Notes: generated by a model from the letters alone, not told the origin. A DNA stretch of 64,000 nucleotides from the human T2T-CHM13v2.0 reference genome, Homo sapiens (GCF_009914755.1 NC_060939.1), one strand, 5' to 3'. Counted from the first letter of the stretch, positions 14,501-29,369 are shown. Numbers and translations are program-made.

Positions 14501-17184
14501 ACACTGGAGAGAATTTAGTTGTTCTTAGAGAACAACATAATGGCATGTGCAACATGTCAAAGCTAATAGCAAGCTATCTTTCATTAGTTCTTAGAAGGAT
14601 GAAAGTAAAAGAAGTGTGGTACTGCTAATGTGGCAAAGTACATTAAATGTAAACAGCAAACACAGATTTCCTAGGCATCTATTTAAAATATTCATATTCA
14701 CTTTCTCAATATAAGACTCCATGTTATGTTGCATCACTGACAAAAGGTTGTTTCTATTTGGATTGAATATTCTGTCATTCATTTATAAATAAATGACTGA
14801 ATGTATTTATTGCTCTAAGTTCTGAGGGTTTGGTTGAACATGGAGATCCCCCCCGCCCATCTAGGATGGCTACTTGGTGTGAAGTCAGGCTTCTGGATTC
14901 TTTTAAAAATTATTCTGAGAGCCTGACAACACTGATCTCACCTACACAAACAGACAGACAGACCCAGAAGTGAAACCAATTGCACTGTGGAGACATTGCT
15001 AGTCAGTCTTCTCATCTCTTAAAAATAAATAGCAATAGGAAGGTCTCTATAATACAATCTGATGGAACCTCTTTACTAACATTATGTTTAGGGATAGAAT
15101 GAAGACCTGTATCATAGACTCTTACCAATAGATCAAGATTTACTGTTGCAATTGCGTTTCTGGGCACATTATTTGATCTATAATATAAAGTTGTTTTCAT
15201 GGGGTTCTATATCATAACTTTATAAGAAGTGGCAATCACATGTTATGTAAAAATGTCAATAACGTGTGTGTGTATACACACATATACAAATACACATAGA
15301 GAGGAGAGATTTCTACCATTTTCCATATTCTTTATTATCAAAAACAACATGGTAAAGGTATCCTTTTCATCTTACAGACATGGGAAGTTTTCCCAGATTA
15401 TGTTCCTCTATCATAGTAAGAAAATATATAAATCTTCTTGTGAATGTGTATCCCAAGGTGGAAGAATCAGAGCCAACAATTACATTGAACTTCTCTGACT
15501 TTATGGAAAGTAATATGTGGAATATGATAACAAAACGGTATTTCAAAAATATAACATGTAACACTAAATGTTGGCTCGAGTTGCTGCTGTCATACAGGCA
15601 GGTTTTGTTTTGTCTTTAAACATTAGCTCTTGTAATGCATCAGATTTAAACTACACATGTAGAAGTAAGAATTGTTTTCCATGAAGGAATTTTTGGTTTG
15701 CTTCTAGAGGAGAACACATGAAAACAATAGTTAATTGCTGGTATTTTAAAAACATATTTCATCTTTTACCTATATCACTGTACTGATAGGCAGGTCTCTC
15801 CTCTTATTACTGGATTTTAAAATTTTCATCCTTAATATGTAGAATTTGAAATAGTTTTTAACATATGATGCTATATATATATTTATCATGAATATTTTAA
15901 TTATTAGAGAAATGGTAACTGGAATATGCAAGGACTATACTTTGAATGATGCTCTTTGCTGGTACATTATTAATTTATCTTTTGAACACACTGGCATAAC
16001 TTTGCTTTGGAAGTTATTCAGTGTTTTGAAACACAAGACTGACGAGCACATCAAGTTCTAAACTCAACAAAATGAGACGAGAGTAAAGAGTTTACACACA
16101 CGCAGTTCTATATAGTTCACTTGTGCCTTGGAGGGATAGTATTATTATCATTATTATTAATAATAAAAAACACAATTTGTCCCAGTAGTACTGGCCACCC
16201 TGTTTTAAGAGTTTTAGGAGATCCCTGAGCACATTGTTTCTGACTCTTAACCCCAACTCCAAAATGATAGGGCTTCTATCGTTGATACCAAGATGGATTG
16301 TCATTCACAGTAAGTCAATTATAAGGTGCTTATTTACCCTTGTTTTTCACCAGTCAGCACAAAGAACTGTCAGAAAATAACTTTTTATTATTATCTTAAA
16401 ATAATAGCATTGGAAGGACATATGATTTAAACAATCAATGTTGGAAACAGTGGCTTTAGGATTATTATCTGGCTGCCCCTCAACAATAACAAGTGATTCG
16501 ATCGACATTCCTTAGCCAAAAACAAAAGGCAAAACAAAAAAAACCAAAAAACAAAAAAACCCCAAAAAACTGTACAAATATGTATTTTTCCCTGAGGGAT
16601 CAAGGTACACCCGCAAGTGCTCTATGTACATATTGCACTAGAGAGGAATGAAGAACATGTGCAAAAAAGCAACAATGAGAGAAGCTTACATACTACTTAA
16701 ACCTTTTCATGAAAGATACTACTAGGTTGTTTTGCATTTTGGAATGTCGGAACACAACAACTAGCTATTCCTTAGTCTAAAACTAAAAACACACATTTCT
16801 ACTATGGCACATTCAATGAAATAAAAAGTTTTCCAAAGACAGATAGACAAATTCCATCAAGAAAATAATACAAAGTTTGTTTGTTTGTATTTTTTTTTTT
16901 AGAAAATTACATTACTTTCTTTCTTTGTTTCACATTACAAAATCTTTTTTTCTTTACACAAATCACATTTTATTGCAGGAATATTTCAAGTGCCATCAAA
17001 TATTTATAGAAGGGTTAAAAAAATAGAAGTCTCTCTAAAGTGGTCCAGACAAGGCTTTGTATAGAATAAATCTTTTTTTCCCCATCTTCTAGTTTTGATT
17101 TAAGTATTTTGAATACATTTTCTTTTCCATTGACACTTAGTAGCCTAGAAGCGGTCCGACGCACACACATCATACACATGCAAA

Positions 17185-17186
<2 letters not shown>

Positions 17187-17222
<36 letters not shown>
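17187..17222. repeat. (CA)n microsatellite in RORA 3'UTR (reads (UG)n in the mRNA)
   Basis: Directly visible, ~18 units. Confidence 0.97.
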
Positions 17223-17224
<2 letters not shown>

Positions 17225-20200
17225 CTTCCTCACCTGACCCTCAGCCCACCCCCATACGCTCACAGATAACTGGGTATCCACACTATAAAGAACAACCAAA
17301 CTTAGAAGCAGTGTCTTAAGTCATGTTTTTCTTAAGTTAGAAAGGGTGAATTAGGATGCTGAAGACTTTAAAAAAAAATCCATAGCTTTAATACACGTTA
17401 AGATGCTGAACACTTTAAAAAAAAATCCGTAGCTTTAACACAATTTGCAAACTGTCCAAAAAGCACTTTCATCTGTACTTTTGTTTGCATTGTGACCAAG
17501 GCCAGGTTTTTCACAATATAATAACCATTTGGACACCATTGGAACAGAAGGTATTCAGGCTTTGTACAAAAGCCTTATTTGCCTTATGTAAAAAAATTGT
17601 ACAAAGGCATTGTAGCAGCGGGGCTGACAGTGATGTGGTTCCAATCCTTAAAAGACTATTGGAGACTGAAGTTTAGGAAACTTTAATTATAAAAACTATT
17701 AAGGATAATTGTTCTGATATCACCCAAGTATTTTATGTCATCACATAGGTGTTTTTGTAATAATGAAGAAAGGAAAATGCAAAGTTTTTCACATCCTTTT
17801 CTGAGCTCCATATTTTTTTTAAACTGAATTTATTGTTTAACATCAGATCCCAACTTAGATCCAAATAGTAGTCAGTTGTTTCCTTGTTTCATGGAGCATG
17901 TCTCTGTCTACAATTCCATCCTATTATGTCAATCAGTGGACTTGGCTCTTAAGCTCCACCGCTGCTTTTCTTTCAGAAACACCTGGGAAGAAGCATCATA
18001 TTACCTATCTTGGTTTACCGTAAAAGCAATGTCACCATGGCATGACTATTACTGTGGTTAGAGCATGATTGTTTGTAGGTACATGCAGAATCCCTTCTGG
18101 GAAAAGGAATTTCTTTTTAAGTTCATCATTATGTTCTCTCTCACCCTTAGAGAAATTCAATTAGCTTTTATTATTTCACAAATCGACACTGGAATTAGGT
18201 TTAGTTGCTCTTTAATGCGCTAGCACCTGAGGCTGGTCATATTCAGAAAGCTTTGGTTAAAAAGAAGTTAATATACTTTAATAAAACCATCCCCAAATTT
18301 AGTGAATCTGAATGACAAAAAAACAAAACAAAACCAAAACCAAAAAACTAAAACACAAAACTCAAACAAAAACAAAACACCATTTCCCCCCAGAGGAGAA
18401 ACAATAGAAAAAAAATGGATGAATAAATAACTGAACTAAGCTTGGTACTCTTTTCAGAGTATAAATACTACTGATCTTTAAAGGAACTATGCTTACTTAA
18501 ATTAAAGATTTGATTTAACCCTTCTTGCCCCAATATAAATACTATATGCTGACAGTTAGCATCTCTCTATAAACACATAAAATTTTACATGCCTGTAAGA
18601 AATTTAAAGGAATATTACTCTTCTATTTATGGTTAAACTCTTACTATGTTTTTGGAAAAAAAGTTGGATGTTATTTAGGCTTCATACACACATCTGTGTG
18701 AATAATACCTTCCCCTTTTCCAAGTCCCTCAAGAAACAAGTCAGAAAAGTCAGTGGAGTTAGAAACAGAGTGAAGTGCTCTGGGAAGCCCATGCTGGTAA
18801 CCTAGCATGACGTGAAGAGCTGCAATTCCTGTAGAAGATTCCGCAGGGACCCCAATGGCAGAGGAGACTATTTCTCAGACATAAAGGGCTGCATGGAAAC
18901 TCCTACCTTAACACCCATCGGAGATGTTCCCTTTTCTGTACAAAATGGTCTTTGACCAGTAGTTTGAATCCCACCCCTAGTGCGACTAAAATCATCGTCT
19001 AAATGCCTACATTCCCAAAAGGTCACTTGTTTTTAAAATATGCACATCTGTTTATCAGACTATTCCTTTCCCCTTCCCCCACTAGGGATCATTAAAAAAA
19101 AAAACCATGAAATTAAACAAAAACAACTCAGTATTTCTCACCTGAACACACAAGCCAAATAATCTTCTAAATATTTAATAAAATAAATTACAGTCCACAG
19201 TTTCCTAGTGAAGATAAATACAAGAGTAAATGTTTGCAGCTAGCATCAACTTCACTTTAAAGGCTTAAAGTATTTAATATTTAAATAAGAGAAACTGGTT
19301 CAACATTGTATGCTTCCCTCACCCTCCTATCCATCGTTTTTCAAATATGGAGAGCAACATTCTTGAATTATAGCATCTATTGACAACAAATCTAGAATTA
19401 GTTCACTCTGAGATAAACTCATAGGGTTCCTAGATTATACCAAGAACATAAACATTCACAAAGTAAATACTTCATGTCCTCACATGGGGAGTGTGCATTT
19501 GCTCAGGATATAATCTTTGGGTCCTTCTTATAATAAAAGCTAGATTCCAATAAATATTCTGGTTGTTGATTTGTTCTCAAAGCATAAGAATTCCAAGTTG
19601 AGACCGAGTCCATATTTAACTACTGAATTGTGTAAAATGAGCTTCTCCTCCCCCTCGCCTCCATGAGGTGGCATTTTAAAAAGCTTTAAAAAAAAAAAAT
19701 GAGCATGATGGTATATGTCCACCACGCCAATCAATCATTCAACTTTGTATGAAGCATAAACACATCTATCATTAAACTTACCAAAAAGCAAAGTATAATT
19801 TAGGGAGAGTTCCGTTTCTAATTCCAAATTCACATGTTAAAAAAAAAATCCAACGTGGTGATTTCTAGATATGACCAGCCAGTCTCTTAAAAATAATTTT
19901 GTAAACAGCAGCATAAATACCTCCCAACGTACCTTCCAAGCCTTCTCAGTTAAACTTGTGTTTCTGGTGCACATGCGACACGACAGTGAACACGCTAGCA
20001 TTTAATTTAAAGAAAAAGGTGCAAAATGAAAGTGCCTTATCAATTCAACAGGAAAAGCTACACCAGTAACTACATTTTATATTACTTAAAACAATATATA
20101 AACAATATCTCTTTTAGCTATATATAGTCTTCATGCCCATTTACCCTGTAATATATTATAATGCTATTGTTGCTACTGCTATGGACCCTTTTCATGCCAT

Positions 20201-20516
20201 CCTGCGGACTGGCAATAATCGGTGAAAAAATAAAAACTTCCTTCATGAAACAAAGAGCTAGTTGTGCAAAGTAATGCCGCAACCTCCGCTATGCACACCA
20301 GTCACCGATTATTGCTGGACTCTCTGTTGTTACTGACAGATTGGTGACTCTGTAGAAAGTCTGTGGGCAGTGAGCTACAAGAAAAGGAAATCCTCCGACT
20401 TTAGTACCCTCCTTCTGTTGTAAACAGAGGTCAATGATCAAGAAGTCAAGACAGAAAAAGGGTCCATATCTGTAGGCATAATGGAAATCATATGCATGAG
20501 AAAAACAAGTTCAACT

Positions 20517-20522
20517 TTTATT
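20517..20522 (-). terminator. Proximal RORA poly(A) signal candidate
   Basis: AATAAA ~165 nt after the stop codon; would give a short-UTR isoform. Confidence 0.55.
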
Positions 20523-20687
20523 TGTTTTCATTGTTTCCCCTCCTTTGCCTGACCCCGATCACCAAAAGATGTGCAGTGTGTGGCGCTCCAGGTCTGTGCA
20601 GGGCCATATAAAGTGTCTCGGTTAATTTTTTTGTTTGTTTTTCATGTTTGTACTTCAGACATTCTAGAAGTGCTTAGGTGATAACAT

Positions 20688-20969
<282 letters not shown>

Positions 20970-21009
20970 TTAAACATCCAGTAGCAGAGGATTGGTAAAA
21001 ATAAATGAT

Positions 21010-21313
21010 GGCTGGGCGCGGTGGCTCATGCCTGTAATTCTAGCACTTTGGGAGGCCGAGGCGGTTGGATTGCCTGAGCTCAGGAGTTCAAGACCAGCCT
21101 GGGAAACACGGTGAAACCCTGTCTCTACCTAAAAAAAAAAAATTAGCTAGGCATGGCAGCGTGCGCCTGTAATCCCAGCTACTCGGGAGGCTGAGGCAGG
21201 AGAATTGCTAGAACCCGGGAGGTGGAAGTTTCAGTGAGCCGTGATCACGCCACTGCACTCCAGCTTGGGTGACAGAGCAAGACTCTGTCTCTTAAAAAAA
21301 ATAAATAAATAAA
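21010..21313 (+). mobile_element. Alu
   Basis: Full Alu; flanked by AAATGATG. Confidence 0.96.
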
Positions 21314-22483
21314 TGATGATATAGTCATGTCATAGAATGCCAAGTATACATTAAATATGATTTTCAAGATGAATAATTCAATAACTAGAAAAGATGTTCA
21401 TAAGCAAAAGTTGGCACAGCTTGTCAGCAGCAGACTCATACAGAACCCAAGGCTCTTGACTTCTTCTACTCCAAGATGCCTTCTGCTCTACTTCCTGGAA
21501 TCCTGCCTTCTACCACTGTGCAAAAAGATGTCTAGTGATGGAGAAGCGGGTGAGGGGCAGTGGTGGGTGGGTAGTGAAGGCACTGCAACTGGAAGTGATG
21601 GCATCCTCTACACATTTTATCCAGAACTGGCACTAGTCAACTCCGATAACTACACGTTTCTTTTCGATAAGGAGTTTTGCCTGTAATAAAGCAATGCTGG
21701 GTCTGAGCAAAATAATAGAGTCAGAAGGCCTGGATGGAGGCCCTAGCATTGACCATTTACCAGCTGAGGGTAATGACACAATTTGCAAAATTACTTTTAG
21801 ATTCCAAAGCACCTCACAAAGGCAAACTGCTTATTATTTTAACCCAGAATAACCTTCTCTAGGAAATGTTTTCACCAGATCTTGTCCACATGTTAAGTGC
21901 TGTTTATAATCAGAGATCCTAATGGTACTCTTGCATTTGGGCAAAGAGATGGAGAGTGAAGCTCCTGACAGGGCTCCTCCCTTCCACTTCCCATTCCTGC
22001 CCGTTTGCTCATTTAACAGGTGCAAAATCAAAAAGCAAAACAGCAATTAACCCCCAGTTACCCCTTTCTGGTCTAACATAGCTATAAAGGAGAAAAAAAA
22101 AAAAAAACAAGCAAACAAATAAACAAGAAAACAAAACCAAAAACTTCTCACATCATCTCACACAATAAAATACATAAAATAAGAAAGAACAGGGCTGATT
22201 GTTCTAAGACCAAATACATACTACTAGCAATGGCACTGAAGGATATTAGCACATTTAAAAAATTGACATTATAATCATATTTATTGTGAAAGATAATGAT
22301 TGGTAAAAATGAAACCTTATGCTTTGAATACAGAGTAGTGATGGGAAATTGACAAAAATGCAAAAGTCATTTACTGTTGATGACTAGTGAATTTAATGGA
22401 AGTAGAACTAATATTAGTATATATGGTCATCCTGATTAAGTCTTTTAGTCCTTTATAACTTCTTCCTAAATTCAAAGATTATA

Positions 22484-22785
22484 GGCTGGGCACAGTGGCT
22501 CACTCCTATAATCTCAGCTCTATGGGAGGTGGAGGAGGGAGGATTGCTTGAGGCCAGGAGTTCGAGACCAGCCTGGGCAACATAGCAAGATACCCATCTC
22601 TACAAAAAATAATTAATAAATTAGCCAAGTGTGGTAGCACATATACCTGTAGTCTCAGCTACTCAGGAGGCTGAGACAGGAGGATCTTTTGAGCCCAGAA
22701 GTTCAGGGTTGCATAGAGCTATGATTGTGCCACTTCACTCCAGCCTGGGAGACGGAGTGAGACCCTGTCTCTAAAAAATTAATAA
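22484..22785 (+). mobile_element. Alu (AluJ-like)
   Basis: Diverged Alu with gagcccagaagttcagg; TSD TAAATTCAAAGATTAT. Confidence 0.95.
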
Positions 22786-23125
22786 ATTCAAAGATTATTT
22801 TTACAGTTTATGTCAGTGCAGAATATTAACTCTGCTTTATGCCTAACTTTGATGGAAGAGAATTTCTAGAATGTAACTTTTTTTCCTACATTGCCTTATT
22901 GCTGCAGGACACTTTGTAATCAACGATAGTAAGTATAATTTAGACTGAATAATGAGCTGTGGCTCAACAGAATTTTTTTGAAATGGAAATTTATTTCTTT
23001 TTAGTAGCCTGTTGCCTTCTGATACTTTTGGGAATTGGTCATATGACTTACATGACCATATTGGCAGCATGATTTGTGCCAGGGGATAGTTCAGGCCATG
23101 CCAACTAGAAGCCTTTGGCACTCAC

Positions 23126-23238
23126 CTTTGTTAGTATTCCATCTTCTCGGTGATTCTTCTGTAGGACGTGTTGAAGAGCTAGCTGAATTTTCTGTTGCAG
23201 TTTTTCAATTTTTACCTTTTCTTGCAGCCATGAGCGAT
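23126..23238 (-). CDS. RORA: RORA exon 10: LBD
   Basis: tag|...|gtgag, 113 nt, [37 protein letters not shown]. Confidence 0.97.
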
Positions 23239-24192
23239 CTAAGCATAAAAAAATGATATTCTTTAGCATTCCTCTGACATGGTGTCAGGATCCTTCTTCT
23301 CCGGATTCTTTTGATACGGATAATTATATCACAATGAATATTTAGAGACTCAGAGGCCAGTTTCACTCCTCTTTCAAAATTTCTCCTAATGGAGTGAAAA
23401 GTGATCCAAGGAAGTTATAAAACAGGGTGTTAAACCTTTCCATTTTTACCAATACTTAAAGGAAGGATCCTCCCCTTCCAAAGGATAAACAATTAAATAT
23501 GAGGCCATACTCATATGAGTGCAAATGAAACCATCATGGCCCCTCGAGACGTTCTAATAATTATACTTTGGAATGAAATATTCATTATCGATCCTGCTAG
23601 CTTTTTTGAAAAATAGGAAAGTTTTCTTGTAATCTTTGTCAACTAAAATTGTCAATAGAATTCCAACTGACTTAAGGGTTGTTAATTTAGGATAAAGTCT
23701 TTATGTCTAAGTCTTCCAAATAGAAGGTAGTAACTTAGCAAAAGTGATTATCCCCAAACATGCACTACTGGTTGAAAACACAGATTAAATTCAGATAATC
23801 TAGTGGATGACATCTAAATGGATTTTAACAAAAAAATAGGATGTCTTAAAAATCTTGTTATCCTGGAGACTGGTGTTAAGACAGGCAACCCTATTCCACC
23901 ACAGCATTTCTCTTGGTATCAGGAGGTTAATTCTGGACTGGATTTTGTTCAATTCTCATTTCTTTACATTTTGTCTAAAAGGCATGAGGTTTTCTCAAAA
24001 GAATATATGTTTGTGTTGGATGGGTGGAAAAGAGAGGGTGTTATTTGAAGACTTAAAATCCAATTTAATAAGGGTGGAGACCTCTCTTAGTAGCTCCCAA
24101 ATATTTTATAGCTATTAAACGTATGGGCCTTGTAAAAATTCTTTATCTTAGACAATTCGAAAACCATTTTTATTTTTATTTGGTTGTCTTAC

Positions 24193-24303
24193 CTGCTGAC
24201 ATCAGTACAAATGCAGAAAATAATGCAATTTCATCTTCAGTCAGGTGCATAGAACATAAACTCTTTCCAAATTCAAACACAAAGCTAATAAAGTCTTCAC
24301 AAC
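24193..24303 (-). CDS. RORA: RORA exon 9: LBD
   Basis: cag|...|gtaag, 111 nt, [36 protein letters not shown]. Confidence 0.97.
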
Positions 24304-24599
24304 CTGCCAAAATGAAAACAAAGACAGTTTAGAATTTTGATTATTGTCTTAGGAGAAAAACCTAGGTCTTAGGTTTTCCTAAGGTTCTCCTAAGTCCAAT
24401 AGAAGGTCTTAGGAGAAAAACATGGGGAAGGTGAAGAGAGATCTAGTGGTTGAAGATCAGAAGGAATAGTAGTAACATTTCTACAGTATAATAGTTTAAA
24501 ATCTTAAAAGAAAAATCTGTTTAGTCATCACCACCACTTCCATCACATCACCATTGCCACTGTCATCCTCATTGAAAATAATGAGATTGAACTTTTGTT

Positions 24600-24825
24600 G
24601 TGTGACTACTGTGGCAAGTATTGCTCTAAGGTATTTCTTTGGGTTTCTTCTTATTTTAAAACAGCTCTATGAAGGAGGGATTATTATTATCCCAATTTTA
24701 GAGGTAAGGAAACTGAGACTTGGAGAGGAAAGTAATGCACCTAAGGTCACACAGGTAGAAAGTACAGCCTAAGAAGAAGCAAAGCTAGGCTGACTGATTT
24801 CAGAGCCTACACTTTTAACCTATAG
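24600..24825 (-). mobile_element. MIR
   Basis: attattatcccaattttagaggtaaggaaactgagac...aaggtcacacag. Confidence 0.75.
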
Positions 24826-25231
24826 AGTCTAATAGCCATATTCTAACTGATATGTTAAATTAACTCATTTTTGTTTTCAACTCTATTTCATCTGAAACAT
24901 CCTTAAAAATGTTAACAAATGACATATTCTGGTGGTAAAACTATTATAACTATTTACCAACCTGAAAACACAGAATGTGAAAGTCCCCTAGAATAATAAT
25001 CCGTTTTCCAAAAGACTGGTTAAGTTTGGTGTCTATTCCTTCAGATTTGCATATTTTACATATAAATGTATATATTTAAATGACAATGTGCTACATGACA
25101 GTTCATTATATATATCATCTGTCATATAACTTTTAAAAAAATCACTCATTTTAGATACTTATCCATTCTTCTTAATAACTATGTTCATTTTATTTAAATT
25201 ATAGAAATCCAAAATTTATTATTAATTATTC

Positions 25232-25513
25232 TGAGACAGAGTCTCAATCTGTCACCCAGGCTGGGGTGCAGTGGCATGATCTCAGCTCAGTTAAACCTCC
25301 ACCTCCCGGTTTCAAGTGATTCTCCTGCCTCAGCCTCCTGAGTAGCTGGGACTACAGGCGTGTGCCACCATGCCCAGCTAATTTTTGTATTTTTAGTAGA
25401 GATGGGCTTTGCCATGTTGGCCAGACTGGTCTCAAACTCCTGACCTCAGGTGATCCGCCTGCCTTGGCCTCCCAAAGTGCTGCTATTACAGGCATGAGTC
25501 ACCGCACCTGGCC
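25232..25513 (-). mobile_element. Alu
   Basis: Full reverse Alu. Confidence 0.96.
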
Positions 25514-25952
25514 CCAAATTATTTATTATAAATTATATATCATGGTTTCACTTAACTGTAACTTTTATTTCTTTGATATCTGCATTTCAGTCTCATTAAT
25601 GGTTACTGTTTGAGGGGGATGGAAGGGCAAAGCTTTTGCCCTTTGCTTAATTTTATGTATCAGCTCACATCCTAAAGGTCATCTGAATAATATATCACCA
25701 GCAAATCTGGTTTCTTAAAATCTGGAAGGGAACTGGAAGGACACGTCATATAAATCCCTTTGATTACCAACTAGATAAAATGAAACTCTACATTTTTACA
25801 TGTAATGTAGACAAAAAACTTTTGAGCTATATGACTTTTCTGCAGTGACTAACTAGAAAGTAAAATAGGTATAAAACCCCTTAATTTTTGTTTCTAAATA
25901 AAGTTTTCATTTTGTCCAAGCAGAGCTTTCACTCAACCCGCATCTTTTCCTA

Positions 25953-26222
<270 letters not shown>

Positions 26223-26745
26223 CTAGCGGGTTCTCAGTCACATCAGCTGTCTATCCAAAAGGGCAGAGTTTTCTATGTAATTAAAAGACTGTTGTGCTGA
26301 AGCTAAGCCCTGTTTAACTGAAGTGAGGGTTGATTTATAAATTACTTCTTTAGCACTCTTCTACCTCGCAATGCAGAGTCTCAGAGTTGCTAGGAAAGCA
26401 TTTATTCATATGTACTAAAACCAAGAATCAAAAACAAGTATATCTTTCTGAGTTCTACTTTCTTCTTCCTAACATCATAAACTCGGAGGACTTGGAGTGT
26501 AGAAACAAAACACACGTGATGGGAAAATTTGGGAATGTAGGTGACCTTCAAATTAATCTTTTCACCCAGAAGAGAAGAAAAGTGGGGGGAATGTTTCCTG
26601 AATATATCTTAAAACCTTTGAAAAGAACTCCATTTCTGCTAAGAAAAACCTGAGCTATTATCATTGGAGAAAAACTGTTCCCGACACCTTCCTTACCAAG
26701 CATTTCTTTAATAAGCGGGTGAAAGCAGGTTAGGAAGAGATCTCA

Positions 26746-26904
<159 letters not shown>

Positions 26905-27031
26905 TTAAAGAGGGAAACACATTAACATCCTCCAGGAAGATGTTAGCTTTTGTAGCAGAAGCTGCAGAGTTATGAAAGCAAAGCATGCCACTGCTTTAGC
27001 CCTGGGCCACGAAGAGTGGCAAAGTGGGATC

Positions 27032-27334
<303 letters not shown>

Positions 27335-27482
27335 TGGATCTTCTTTTAAGTAATTATTTTGCCTTGGGAAATTTAACACCACTTTACTTTGGGGGAAGGG
27401 AGAAAAGGAGAATCAACTGAATTTATTGTGCACCTACTATGAGCTAGGCGCTTTATGACATCCTTGTTTTAATTCACTTTCA

Positions 27483-27845
<363 letters not shown>

Positions 27846-28738
27846 CTAAAATCCTATTTCATATACTTTGTTGCTTCTTACTGTTTTCTTGCTTCTCCTT
27901 TGTAGCTTTGGCTGCTGGCATTACCTGCTACCTCAAAGGCAAACAAAGCAATGTGTTGCTATTCCCCAACATGTCCTGTTAAATTCCTTTTATATTCGCA
28001 CTCTCCATTTCAGTTACAGAATGGTCTGGATCTTTTTCGTTGCTAACTTGTTTCCCCAATCTTAGTTTCAGACTGTTCCCACCGATATGATGGGGTGGAA
28101 GAAACACTGAATTAGGAGCCAGGAGTCAAGGTCTGGTCTTGATGTTTCACTCTCCAGACATGCCAGTGGATGTTAGTTTTCCTCAAATGTAAAATGGATT
28201 CACTTAGATAATCTTGTTGATCTGGGTGTTTTACAGAAAAAGGCAAGTAGGGTACTATTTGTCAGCCTCATATTGCTAGGTTCAGACTGGAGTTATGATC
28301 ACAGCTTCTAAATTTTTTTTGTATATACTCCCTAATACAACTTCCAGAAACATGAGGCTTCCTTGTCAACTTCCAGAAACATTAGGCTGAGATTATTTTA
28401 CATAAACTTCCAGACCTTAAAATCTTGATTGTGATATTGAGACAATTCTCAATTCATTTAGACTTTTGGAAGCTGCTTAATCTATTCTCCTGTTGACAAA
28501 TGGAAGGAGGTATGTGTATACCTAGAAAGCACAATAGAAATTATTTGCTATTGCTGAAATTTTGCATCTGAGTTAAATGGCAAAGCCTCAAGTACATTAG
28601 TAGCTTCAGAAAAAAGATATTTAAACAGAAACCTGATGACACTCATTCTTTAGTCTGTGTGAACTCTTGACCAACTTTCCTATACCAACACCCTTCCCAA
28701 TATTGCCTCAATCCTAGGAGGAAAAATTCCTCAGATCA

Positions 28739-28882
<144 letters not shown>

Positions 28883-29369
28883 TCACAAACACGAAAAGCG
28901 AAGTTCTTTGAATAATTGGTGATTTAATATTTGCTTTAAGAAATAACAAGTAGAAAACAATGTGCTGTGCGAGTTTTGACTGTCTTTACACATTTAAACA
29001 AGTAATTTGGAACTGTTTTGTATTTGGGAACGTGAAGGAGGACAGGGACTTTGCAAAGCCAGCATTTGAAGATAAGACCTGCTGACTTCAAAGACCCTCC
29101 TGACTTTGCCCTTGTTCTGTGCCTTTATACCAATGTCTAGGAATGAAAAAATATTGACCTAGATAGACATAGGAAATGATTGACGTGGTGCTTCTTCTTG
29201 GCATTTTTATGAAGACACATCTGCCACATAACATTGACCTGGGAAGGATTATTCTTATTCTTGAAAAACTAGAAAATGATATTCTTTTATGGTGACAACT
29301 AGGTATTTCTTTTGTTTTTCCTGCAAATTGCAGAACAAGCATTACTGAGGGCCTACCATGTGGCTATGC

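Larger units (their letters stand above)
11518..20687 (-). other. RORA: RORA long 3'UTR (~9.2 kb)
   Basis: AU-rich, Alu-free stretch from the stop codon to an AATAAA; transposon relics resume just beyond it. Rich in miRNA seed matches and Pumilio motifs. Confidence 0.85.
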
